This document shows, piece after piece, positions 11,986-19,954 of a DNA stretch of 64,000 nucleotides. Origin of the DNA: an uncultured Alphaproteobacteria bacterium (GTDB lineage: Bacteria > Pseudomonadota > Alphaproteobacteria > Rhizobiales > Xanthobacteraceae); assembly GCA_963771845.1 (NCBI GenBank), contig CAVYVC010000043.1, positions 19,693 through 83,692 on the forward strand. The letters are read 5' to 3'. Every line of letters starts with the position of its first letter. Position 1 is the stretch's first letter. Both the position numbers and the translations under genes were made by a program. The notes below the pieces were generated by a model that did no database searches, was not told where the DNA came from, and was given only the letters and a program-made list of their open reading frames with translations.

Positions 11986-12414
11986 ATGGATGACCCCGGC
12001 TCTTCCGATCCCCGTGCGTGGCGCAACCTCAGGGCGCCGTCGCTTGCTGAATTTGAGCTGCTCGCGGATTTCGCATTCAGGCGGCTGCCGCAGAAATTCC
12101 GGGCCCTCTGTGAGGGCTTGGTTATTCGGGTCGAGGATTTTCCCGAGGAGAAGGTGCTGGACGAGTTGGGAGCGGAAAGCGAGTTCGACCTGCTGGGACT
12201 GTTCCAGGGTGTTGGCCTGCCGTTTCGGTCCGAAGGCGCGCCTTTGCAAATGCCCAACATGATCTGGCTCTATCGCCGTCCGATTCTCGACTATTGGGCC
12301 GAGCACGAGGAGACCCTGGGAGCAATCATAACCCACGTGCTGGTGCATGAGATCGGTCATCATTTCGGCTTGTCCGACGAGGACATGAGAGCGATTGAGG
12401 CGAGCGCTGGTTGA
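11986..12414 (+). CDS. zincin-like metallopeptidase family protein (DUF1025/Zincin_1-like)
   Basis: 142 aa with the HEIGHHFG zinc-binding motif near the C-terminus. Confidence 0.8.
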   Translation: MDDPGSSDPRAWRNLRAPSLAEFELLADFAFRRLPQKFRALCEGLVIRVEDFPEEKVLDELGAESEFDLLGLFQGVGLPFRSEGAPLQMPNMIWLYRRPILDYWAEHEETLGAIITHVLVHEIGHHFGLSDEDMRAIEASAG

Positions 12415-12615
12415 GACCGGCACAATCCTAACGCAGGCTTTTCTGATCCGTCACTAACCGGCATCGCCGACGGTCACAAGCGGCGGTGGGTTCCGATGGA
12501 GCGCCCTTTTCAGTCAGCGCGCGCTATCAGCCGCATTTCAAGACACACGGTTCAAAGGGCAATCCCGGCGGCTTGCGGAACTCGAGAACCATCGTGCGGG
12601 TTATTGGGGCACGAA

Positions 12616-12948
12616 ATGGGAGACCGTGCCATGACAGACCCCCGCGATTTTGACCGGAAATTGGACCGGCAGATGGAAATGGATGCAAGGACAGGCACTC
12701 CAACCCCTTGGGGATGGATCGCTGGCGCCCTGTTCATTATTGGGGTGTTGGTGCTCGTCTTCAGCACTGGAAACAACACGAGAATCGCGAGCAACGAGAC
12801 TGTTCCACCCGCCACGACCGGTATGGCTCCAGGCGGCACGGCGCCGCTTACCACAGAACCACCGATTGTTTGTGCCCCTTTCTGTGGAACCATTTCAAGG
12901 TCCGTGCCTCCGGCCCAGGCGCCCTCGACGACCGGACAAGGTAGATAG
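12616..12948 (+). CDS. hypothetical membrane protein
   Basis: One TM helix (WGWIAGALFIIGVLVLVF) followed by a Pro/Thr-rich tail. The start was chosen at an internal ATG. Confidence 0.4.
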   Translation: MGDRAMTDPRDFDRKLDRQMEMDARTGTPTPWGWIAGALFIIGVLVLVFSTGNNTRIASNETVPPATTGMAPGGTAPLTTEPPIVCAPFCGTISRSVPPAQAPSTTGQGR

Positions 12949-13113
12949 ATCTGTTTGCTGATCGAAATCCTGCATTGCAACAAGTGACTGACTTGATCCT
13001 CGCCATCGGGTAGGCTGCAGCCGTGCGGCTCGCGGAAGTGTGAACTCAACTGCGCAGACGCGAACCTGCAGTTATCGACACTGGCCCTGTGTCGGCACCA
13101 TTTGGGAGGACAT

Positions 13114-13728
13114 ATGTACAAGATGAAGATAACGCGGGCAGTCGCCGCCGCGGCTGTTGCGTTGAATTTCGCCACTGCTGGCTTCGCACAGCAGCCGGGA
13201 CGTATACGCGGTCAAATCGACAAGATCGACGGCACCAGACTCTCCGTCAAGACGCGCGACGGCGCCACGGTTAGCGTGAAAGTAGCCGACGACGCTCGAA
13301 TTTCAGCCTTGGTCAAGGCTTCGCTTGCCGACATCAAGAACGACTCATTTATCGGTATCGCCGGCATGCCGCAGCCGGATGGCAGCATCCAGGCATTCTC
13401 GATACACATTTTCCTGCCGGCGCAACGCGGCGTAGTTCCCGATCGGCATGGCCCTTGGGATGCGCGACCGGACAGCACCATGACTAACGCTTATGTGCAA
13501 AACATCGTTACTGGCAAGGATGGCGAGACATTGACAGTGAAATACAAGGATGGCGATAAAAAAATCATCGTGACGCCGCAGACGGTGATCGCCGCCGTTG
13601 CGCCGGGTGCGAAAGAGGATCTCAAAATCGGGGCTCAGATCATTATTTTCGGCTGGGACAAGCAACCTGACGGCTCAGTGCTGGCGAAGGTGATGTACGT
13701 CGGCCGCGACGTGACGCCAGCGATGTGA
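13114..13728 (+). CDS. secreted hypothetical protein
   Basis: GGGAGGA RBS, then MYKMKITRAVAAAAVALNFATAGFA signal peptide. The mature part is beta-rich. Confidence 0.6.
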   Translation: MYKMKITRAVAAAAVALNFATAGFAQQPGRIRGQIDKIDGTRLSVKTRDGATVSVKVADDARISALVKASLADIKNDSFIGIAGMPQPDGSIQAFSIHIFLPAQRGVVPDRHGPWDARPDSTMTNAYVQNIVTGKDGETLTVKYKDGDKKIIVTPQTVIAAVAPGAKEDLKIGAQIIIFGWDKQPDGSVLAKVMYVGRDVTPAM

Positions 13729-13853
13729 CATCTGTTTGTTGAGGTAAAGCTGACTTAATCTTAGCAACGGCCGCGCGGGTTCCGACACCCGTTTGGGAAC
13801 GCAACCTGCTCAAAACTTCCAGGACCTCCAAAATCATTTGTGGAGAGGAAGCT

Positions 13854-14822
13854 ATGATCTGGCATTCCTTGATCTGGTACGGCCTCGCGGTCGCCCTAAC
13901 TGTGTCCGGCTCCGCTTGGGCGCAGGACTACCCGAACCGTCAAATTACCATCATGGTCGGTATTGCAGCCGGCGGTATCACCGACGTCACCACGCGGCAA
14001 TACGCGGCGGTGGTGTCAAAAAATATGAACCAGAACATAATCGTCGAAAATCGGCCGGTCGCCGGCGGCGCGGTTGCCGCTGCTGCCGTTCAGAATGCAG
14101 CTCCGGACGGATATACACTGCTGTCGGTCGTCGGCTCGCAGTTTTGCTCGGTCCCGGCCATCGGGCCTGCTCCCTACGATCCGGTGAATGGCTTTGCTCC
14201 GATTAGCTTGACGTTTCGTCTTCCGACTCTCCTCGTCGTGCCCATGGATAGCCCAGCAAAGACCATGGCCGAATTGCTCGCCTGGGGAAAAACAAAGCCT
14301 GGCGGCCTGCTGCTTGGTTCTCCTGGTGTCGGCACCCCCGGCCATCTGCTTGCCGCCAAAATTGCGCTCGCCACCAATACGCCGATTCAATACATCCACT
14401 ATCGTGGCGGCGCGCCACTGATGGCCGATCTCATTGCCGGACGGGTGGATTTCAGCCTCGCCTCCTTCAACAGCGCCCGCTCGAATATGGACGCCAACAA
14501 GCTTCGAGCGCTCGCGGTCGATGCCGAGAAGCGGCTTCCCGCGCTGCCCGGCATTCCGACCTTGATCGAGGCTGGGCTCGGCGCGCAAAGGGTCGCCGAC
14601 TGGGCCGGTGTCTTGGCGCCGGCAGCAACACCCACCGCCATCGTTGACAGGCTAAATCGGGAATTTGTGATTGCCGCCCACACTCCCGAGTTGATCGCGA
14701 AGTTGACCGAAAACGGAAACATTGTAGCCAGCAGCACACCGCAAGAGATGGGTAGGCTTGTGGCTGACGCGGTCAAGGACATGGAGCAATTGATTAGGAC
14801 CCTTGGCCTCAAGGTTAATTGA
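13854..14822 (+). CDS. Bug-family (TctC-like) substrate-binding protein
   Basis: Signal peptide, then DYPNRQITIMVGIAAGGITD. Full-length, 322 aa. Confidence 0.85.
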   Translation: MIWHSLIWYGLAVALTVSGSAWAQDYPNRQITIMVGIAAGGITDVTTRQYAAVVSKNMNQNIIVENRPVAGGAVAAAAVQNAAPDGYTLLSVVGSQFCSVPAIGPAPYDPVNGFAPISLTFRLPTLLVVPMDSPAKTMAELLAWGKTKPGGLLLGSPGVGTPGHLLAAKIALATNTPIQYIHYRGGAPLMADLIAGRVDFSLASFNSARSNMDANKLRALAVDAEKRLPALPGIPTLIEAGLGAQRVADWAGVLAPAATPTAIVDRLNREFVIAAHTPELIAKLTENGNIVASSTPQEMGRLVADAVKDMEQLIRTLGLKVN

Positions 14823-15064
14823 TTTGCTGCGTTCTCGGTTGCAGACGGTCTTCTGACCCGCGGCCCACCGCCGTCGATGACAGGCAAACGTGGGCCGCGC
14901 GCCACACCGCGGAGCCGAAAGATGTACGAGCGTTGCCGGCTGCGTGGGCGCGATCCATCAGCGCGCATTTTCTGCTTGTAATCGCCAGGCCAGCTGTGAT
15001 AAAACAAAAAGGGAACATAGACTGAGCATTTGCGCCCCGTGGAAACTCAGTTCGTAGTTCGTAG

Positions 15065-15090
15065 CCCGCATGAGCGAAGCGACATGCGGG
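15065..15090. repeat. REP-type palindrome
   Basis: cccgcatg-agcgaagcga-catgcggg in an intergenic position. Confidence 0.5.
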
Positions 15091-15169
15091 AACGGCTCCC
15101 CGGACGGCTCCCGGATGCAAGTTAAGGCTGTGTTTTTGCAAATTGAAAATGGGCGCCGGGCGCGATGTG

Positions 15170-16048
15170 CTATGGGGGTAACCCCCATTCGCTACTCGCC
15201 ATTCGCAATTCGCCTGCGCAGAGCGAGGCCTTGTCGTCCAGCAACCGCAGGACCTCGTCGCGGCCGCGATCCGGCACTTCGATGAGCACGCGGGTAATGC
15301 CGGCGTCGCGGTAAGGCGCGAGCGCCGCCTTGTCCGCGGGCGCATTAAACACGGTGATCGAGAGGGTAGATGGATCGCGCCCGGCCGCGCCGGCGGCCCG
15401 GCGGAGCCGTTCCGCCGCGCTTTTTGGCTCGAACGCGCCGCGGGCGCGCGGGAACCAGCCGTCGCAAAACTCGATCACCCTGCGCACCGTATGATCGCTT
15501 TCGCCTCCGAGCAGCACGGGCGGATGCGGCTTCTGCTTCGGTTTGGGATAGAGCCATACCGGATCGAAGTTGACGAACTGACCGTGGAATTGCGCTTCCT
15601 CCTGCGTCCATAGCGCCTTCATGGCGAGCACGCGCTCGCGCAGCAGCTTGAAACGCGTGTCGTAGCGCGCGCCATGATTCTCCATTTCCTCGACGTTCCA
15701 GCCCCCGCCGACGGCGAACATGAACCGTCCGCCGCAAAGCTGATCGAGGCTCGCCACGGACTTGGCGGTGATGATCGGGTCGCGCTGAGGAAGGAGCGCA
15801 ATGCCGGTGCCGAGTTTGAGGTTACGCGTTGTTGTGGCCGCGAACGACAGCGCGACGAACGGGTCATGGGTATGGGAGTAGCGCTTGGGCAGCTCACCGC
15901 CGCTTGGAAAGGGCGTGCGCCGGCTGACCGGTATATGGGTATGCTCGCACACGAACAGCGACTCGAAGCCGCGCGCTTCGAGCGCGCGCGCAAGCTCTCC
16001 GATCTCGATGCCGTAATCGGTCGGGAAATGGAATGCGCCGACGAGCAT
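15170..16048 (-). CDS. LLM-class (luciferase-like) oxidoreductase, F420-dependent subtype by sequence pattern
   Basis: FPTDYGI...FESLFVCEHTHIP...DPFVALSFAA...GGGWNVEEMENHG matches the pattern I recall for the F420-type LLM family. The last ~12 codons run into a tandem repeat. Confidence 0.8.
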   Translation of the reverse strand: MLVGAFHFPTDYGIEIGELARALEARGFESLFVCEHTHIPVSRRTPFPSGGELPKRYSHTHDPFVALSFAATTTRNLKLGTGIALLPQRDPIITAKSVASLDQLCGGRFMFAVGGGWNVEEMENHGARYDTRFKLLRERVLAMKALWTQEEAQFHGQFVNFDPVWLYPKPKQKPHPPVLLGGESDHTVRRVIEFCDGWFPRARGAFEPKSAAERLRRAAGAAGRDPSTLSITVFNAPADKAALAPYRDAGITRVLIEVPDRGRDEVLRLLDDKASLCAGELRMASSEWGLPP

Positions 16049-16135
16049 GGGTTTCCCTGATCAGCTTGTTTTCACGCGCGGAGAGCTAAGCACAATTTGG
16101 CGGATTGCCCAACCGATGCGTTGCCCGCCTCCTTA

Positions 16136-16570
16136 TCATGTGCCCCGCGCCGACAGGTGGCCCCAGCTGCTGGTTCGCTCGATCCGAACCGCGATCACAG
16201 GATAGTGTGCGATTTGCATGGCTTTGAGCTGCGGGTAACGTGAGCGCAGCAGCGACTGGGCATGGCCGTGCTCCTCGCCACCGGTAAGGATTTCAGCGCG
16301 CCCGCGGATGAGGACCCAGCCGAGACGCGACCAATCCTCATCATACTGGTCGACCACAACCGCGACGGCAGGATTCACCGCAATATTTCTCAGCCGCTTG
16401 AGCGCCGTCGGCGAGCGGGCTTTGGGTTTTTCGTCGATGGTGATGTAGAGCGTTACGCTTTCGATGGCGAAACATACCGGTATGACATGCGGGTGGGCGA
16501 GAGCATCGGCCGTGGCGAGATGGGCGACACGCTGCTGCGCCAGGAATTTCCGCTCGGCATCGGACAACAT
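16136..16570 (-). CDS. PPOX-class (pyridoxamine 5'-phosphate oxidase-like) putative F420-dependent enzyme
   Basis: 144 aa with FLAQQRVAHLATADALAHPHVIPVCF...IDEKPK, a split-barrel flavin/deazaflavin family pattern. Confidence 0.75.
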   Translation of the reverse strand: MLSDAERKFLAQQRVAHLATADALAHPHVIPVCFAIESVTLYITIDEKPKARSPTALKRLRNIAVNPAVAVVVDQYDEDWSRLGWVLIRGRAEILTGGEEHGHAQSLLRSRYPQLKAMQIAHYPVIAVRIERTSSWGHLSARGT

Positions 16571-16577
16571 GGCTGGT

Positions 16578-17978
16578 TCAAATCGCCGGCAGCGTTATCG
16601 GGCAAAGCTCCTCGAAGGCGCGCGCGACGCGCAGCACAATATCCTCCTGATACTTTGCGGCGACGACCTGCATCCCGACCGGCAGGCCGGCGGACGTGAA
16701 GCCACAAGGAATTGAGGCTGCGGGCTGTTGGGTGAGATTGAATGGGAAGCTGAAAGGCGTCCAGTGCGTCCAGTTTGTTTGATCGGTTCCTTGCGGCGCC
16801 AAATGGCCCGTTTCGAACGCCGGTATCGGCAACGTCGGAGTGAGCAGAACATCGAATTCACCGTAAAAACGGGCCATGCGCAGCCCGAGATCGGCCCGCG
16901 CGTTCACGCAGCGAACGTATTCCATGTGGTCGATGGCCTCGCCGAGCGATGCGATCCGATCGAAGCCCGGATCGAGCAGAGCCCATTTCTCGCGCGCTAT
17001 TGCAGAACGAATGCTTGCCGCGCCGCTAAACCAAAGCACATTGAATAGTTCAATCGGGTCGGCAAAGCCCGGATCACGCCGCTGCACGATCGCGCCCGCC
17101 TCCACGAGCTTTTCCGCTGCCGATTCGACGAGCGCGCGAATTTCCGGATCAACGCTTGCGTAGCCGAGATCAAGGCTCAGCGCCATGCGTAAACCGCGCA
17201 CGCCTTGTTTGATCCCGATCGTAAAATCACGCGGCTGGTGCGGGAGCGAATACCAATCGCGATGGTCCGGTCGCGCGATCACGGTGAGCATGCGCGCGGC
17301 GTCCTCGACCGATGCCGTTATAGGACCGAGATGGGCGATGGTTCCAAACGGGCTCAGTGGATAAGCCGGCACCAGGCCGAACGTCGGCTTTATTCCGAAT
17401 ACGCCGGTAAAACCGCAAGGAATGCGGATAGAACCGCCACCGTCGGTTCCAAGATGCAGGCAGCCCATGCGCAAGGCCGCTGCAACCGCTGCGCCCCCGC
17501 TCGAACCGCCCGAGGTCCGGCGTTCGTCCCACGGGTTGCGGGTGATACCAGTCAACGGCGAATCGCAGATCGCCTTCCATCCGAATTCGGGCGTCGTCGT
17601 CTTGCCGAGCAGCACGGCGCCTGCTTCTCGCAGGCGCGCGACCGCAGGCGCATCCTCGCTCCAATCGTGCGCGGGATCGATTGTCTGCGAACCACGCAGT
17701 GTCGGCCAGCTATTGGTGAGAATGACGTCCTTGATGGTGGTGGAGACACCGTCGATATAGCTCAGGGGTTCTCCCTTGCGCCAACGCATCTCCGCCCCGC
17801 GCGCGGCATCCATGGCGCGTTCATCGTCGATCAGGCAAAACGCGTTATAGCGGGAGTTCAATTTGTCGATCCGGTCGAGCGCTGCGCGCGCCGCTTCAAC
17901 CGGAGAGGCCGCGCCAGTGCGGAAGAGGTGCACGAGCTCGCTTGCCGTCATCGATCCCAGATCATGCGCCACCGGCAT
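16578..17978 (-). CDS. amidase-signature family amidase
   Basis: 466 aa with the GGSSGGAAVAAA amidase signature. ATGA overlap with the upstream dehydrogenase gene. Confidence 0.9.
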   Translation of the reverse strand: MPVAHDLGSMTASELVHLFRTGAASPVEAARAALDRIDKLNSRYNAFCLIDDERAMDAARGAEMRWRKGEPLSYIDGVSTTIKDVILTNSWPTLRGSQTIDPAHDWSEDAPAVARLREAGAVLLGKTTTPEFGWKAICDSPLTGITRNPWDERRTSGGSSGGAAVAAALRMGCLHLGTDGGGSIRIPCGFTGVFGIKPTFGLVPAYPLSPFGTIAHLGPITASVEDAARMLTVIARPDHRDWYSLPHQPRDFTIGIKQGVRGLRMALSLDLGYASVDPEIRALVESAAEKLVEAGAIVQRRDPGFADPIELFNVLWFSGAASIRSAIAREKWALLDPGFDRIASLGEAIDHMEYVRCVNARADLGLRMARFYGEFDVLLTPTLPIPAFETGHLAPQGTDQTNWTHWTPFSFPFNLTQQPAASIPCGFTSAGLPVGMQVVAAKYQEDIVLRVARAFEELCPITLPAI

Positions 17979-18937
17979 CAGTATTGCTTCTCCAGATCGA
18001 CGACGTTTTTGAGCGGCTGTCCGCGAGAAAAGGCTTCATAATTGGCGATAAAATGCGGAACGACTTCCTCCGCCACTAACGGTCCGCAAACATGCGGAGT
18101 GATGGTGACATGGGGATTGGACCAGAAAGGGTGATCGGCCGGCAGCGGCTCGGTCGTGAACACATCCAGCGTGGCATGGGCAACGACGTTTGCGCCAATG
18201 GCGCTCAGGAGGGCATGCTCATCGATGAGGGCGCCCCTGCCGATATTGATGAGGTGCATTCCGCGCCGGCAGTGGGTGAAGATATCCGCCCCAAACAGAC
18301 GCTTGGTCTCCTTTGTCAACGGCAATACCAGAACGAGCACGTCGCAGAGGCCGACAAATTGCGGCAACGCATCCTCGCCGGTGAATAGCTCATCAACAGC
18401 AGATGAAGGAGCCGGTGATCGGCGCCAGCCAAGCGTACGAGCGGCGCGACTGCGCAGCGTATCGGCCACGACGGAGCCGATCTCGCCCAGACCAGCGATG
18501 CCAATGGTGAGATTTCTGATCGTGTCGATCTCAAAGAACTCCCAAATGCGTTGCTGTTGCTGTCTTCGCGCTCTATCAAACCGCAATGTTTTATCGAGAA
18601 TGGCGCCGAGCACATATTCGGCCATGCGGGGCGCGATCAATCTGCCGTCGGTACGGGTCAAAAGGACATCGCGGCCGAACGGCCATCTTTCGATGATCTC
18701 ATCGACGCCTGCTCCGATCTTCTGTACCCACCGCAGGCTCGGCATCTGCTCCAGCATTTCCGGCGGGAAACCCCATCCATAAAGAACGGCAGTGCTCTCG
18801 AAATAGCGCGCCGCCTCCTCGGGAGTGCTCGCAGAATAGATTGGGATATCGGGCAGCGCGCGAACGAGCAGGCGCTCGAATCGAGGAAGATCTGAATCAT
18901 AGATCGAATAAAGCAGGATCGGGCCCGGTGGTGTCAT
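17978..18937 (-). CDS. D-2-hydroxyacid dehydrogenase family (glyoxylate/hydroxypyruvate reductase-like)
   Basis: Rossmann motif IGIAGLGEIGSVVA and catalytic-region pattern (NIGRG...D). 319 aa. Confidence 0.85.
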   Translation of the reverse strand: MTPPGPILLYSIYDSDLPRFERLLVRALPDIPIYSASTPEEAARYFESTAVLYGWGFPPEMLEQMPSLRWVQKIGAGVDEIIERWPFGRDVLLTRTDGRLIAPRMAEYVLGAILDKTLRFDRARRQQQQRIWEFFEIDTIRNLTIGIAGLGEIGSVVADTLRSRAARTLGWRRSPAPSSAVDELFTGEDALPQFVGLCDVLVLVLPLTKETKRLFGADIFTHCRRGMHLINIGRGALIDEHALLSAIGANVVAHATLDVFTTEPLPADHPFWSNPHVTITPHVCGPLVAEEVVPHFIANYEAFSRGQPLKNVVDLEKQY

Positions 18938-19151
18938 ACCAGGACTTTGCGAGTGCTAGGAAAGGCCGATCCTTCGCACCACGGTGAGCAGGCGATCCGT
19001 GTCCGCGATGAGAAACGCGCACCTGGCCCAGATGGGCGTGAGCATTTGCCCCAACTGTACCATGAACGCGGGCCGCGGTTCTTGCGCGAAGCACGAAAAA
19101 GGGTACGAAAAAGGGTATTGACTACGAAACGAAGCTGTGGTAAGAAAGCCT

Positions 19152-19198
19152 ATCCTCTACAACTACGTGGCCCGGCTGGTGCACCGCGCCGGGTTTTT
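19152..19198 (+). ncRNA. candidate small RNA, copy A (CUAUCCUC seed plus intrinsic terminator)
   Basis: TTGACT (19118-19123), 17-nt spacer, TAAGAA (19141-19146). Then ~20 nt unpaired (cctatcctctacaactacgtgg), a GC hairpin cccggc...gccggg (19171-19193) and TTTTT. A paralogous copy lies at 48354-48408 on the minus strand. Confidence 0.4.
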
Positions 19199-19256
19199 CG
19201 TTGGGACGGGCGCAGGCGTGACCGCGTCATGACGTGTGATCACACGTTCCGCGCAC

Positions 19257-19392
19257 CTCCTGTTCTTGTCTGTTGTTCTCCTGATATGGCCCTGTTATTC
19301 CCCCTGTTCTCGTTCTGATAGCTTCTTGGCGACTCCGTATTTTACGGGCACTTCTTACGCGCCGGCCTGTATTTTCCCTGTTATTTACAATG
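19257..19392 (+). repeat. CTGTT-phased repeat element, copy A
   Basis: CTGTT/CTGAT/CTGTA occur at 19260, 19270, 19281, 19292, 19304, 19367 and 19378, with 10-12 bp spacing inside each cluster. The element aligns with the reverse complement of 47925-48058, including a perfect 24-nt match tattttccctgttatttacaatg. Confidence 0.65.
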
Positions 19393-19397
19393 GAGTG

Positions 19398-19473
19398 CAT
19401 GTTGGAGTGCACCCCGAAAATGAGACACAAAAACAAGAAAGGGGTGCACTCCAGCAGTGGTCGCTGGGGTTTT
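19398..19473 (+). ncRNA. candidate structured RNA downstream of the TACAAT box
   Basis: TACAAT at 19386-19391. Perfect 12-bp stem ggagtgcacccc/ggggtgcactcc (19404-19415 / 19441-19452) with a 25-nt A-rich loop. A second hairpin ccagc...gctgg and a T-run end at 19473. Confidence 0.25.
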
Positions 19474-19598
19474 CCCGGCAAACGCACTCGAATAGAGCGC
19501 ATGGCAGGCCCCCGCGCGGAAGCGAAGCCGCGGCGAGATCGGCCGGAATGCTTGGGAGGAGGGCTCGACAGCCGCGATGTGCGGGCTATGAGCCGTTG

Positions 19599-19814
19599 CT
19601 ATTCGAGATGACCTAGGTTCGACGCAGCTCGTCGGTTGCGTCGGGCCGGCGTGCTCAAACGGAGCGCCGAGCTTTGAACCTTAGCGATGTCGGCACACTG
19701 CACCCATCTCTCCGCCATTTGACTCCATGTGGCCCGGCTCGCCGGATCGCGGGTCAGCTTTGCCATTTGCTTGCATTCGGCTGCATGCTTTAGGAATTCC
19801 TCGGGCGGATACAT
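19599..19814 (-). CDS. small conserved hypothetical protein
   Basis: 71 aa starting MYPPEEFLKHAAECKQMAK...WSQMAERW. From memory, this resembles a small-protein family common in Rhizobiales. Confidence 0.55.
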   Translation of the reverse strand: MYPPEEFLKHAAECKQMAKLTRDPASRATWSQMAERWVQCADIAKVQSSALRLSTPARRNRRAASNLGHLE

Positions 19815-19954
19815 CGAGAATGCTCTCCATGGACTTCGTACCCCGATCCCCGTCAGGCAACACTACAACGGCTTTTGAGAAATGCAAAACATGGCAGAAC
19901 CGACGAACATAGCTGGAACCGGCGTGAGACCCTATGCCGCAGCGCGCTAAAGCC

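Noticed and set aside
16568-16585. tRNA-like T-loop string ggttcaaatc
   Set aside because: There is no acceptor, D or anticodon arm around it. It sits at the boundary between the amidase stop and the PPOX start.
19232-19247. Perfect 16-bp palindrome ACGTGTGATCACACGT as a CRP site
   Set aside because: The half-sites TGTGA/TCACA abut with no N6 spacer, and copy B has no equivalent. It is noted as a possible operator, but no family assignment is justified.
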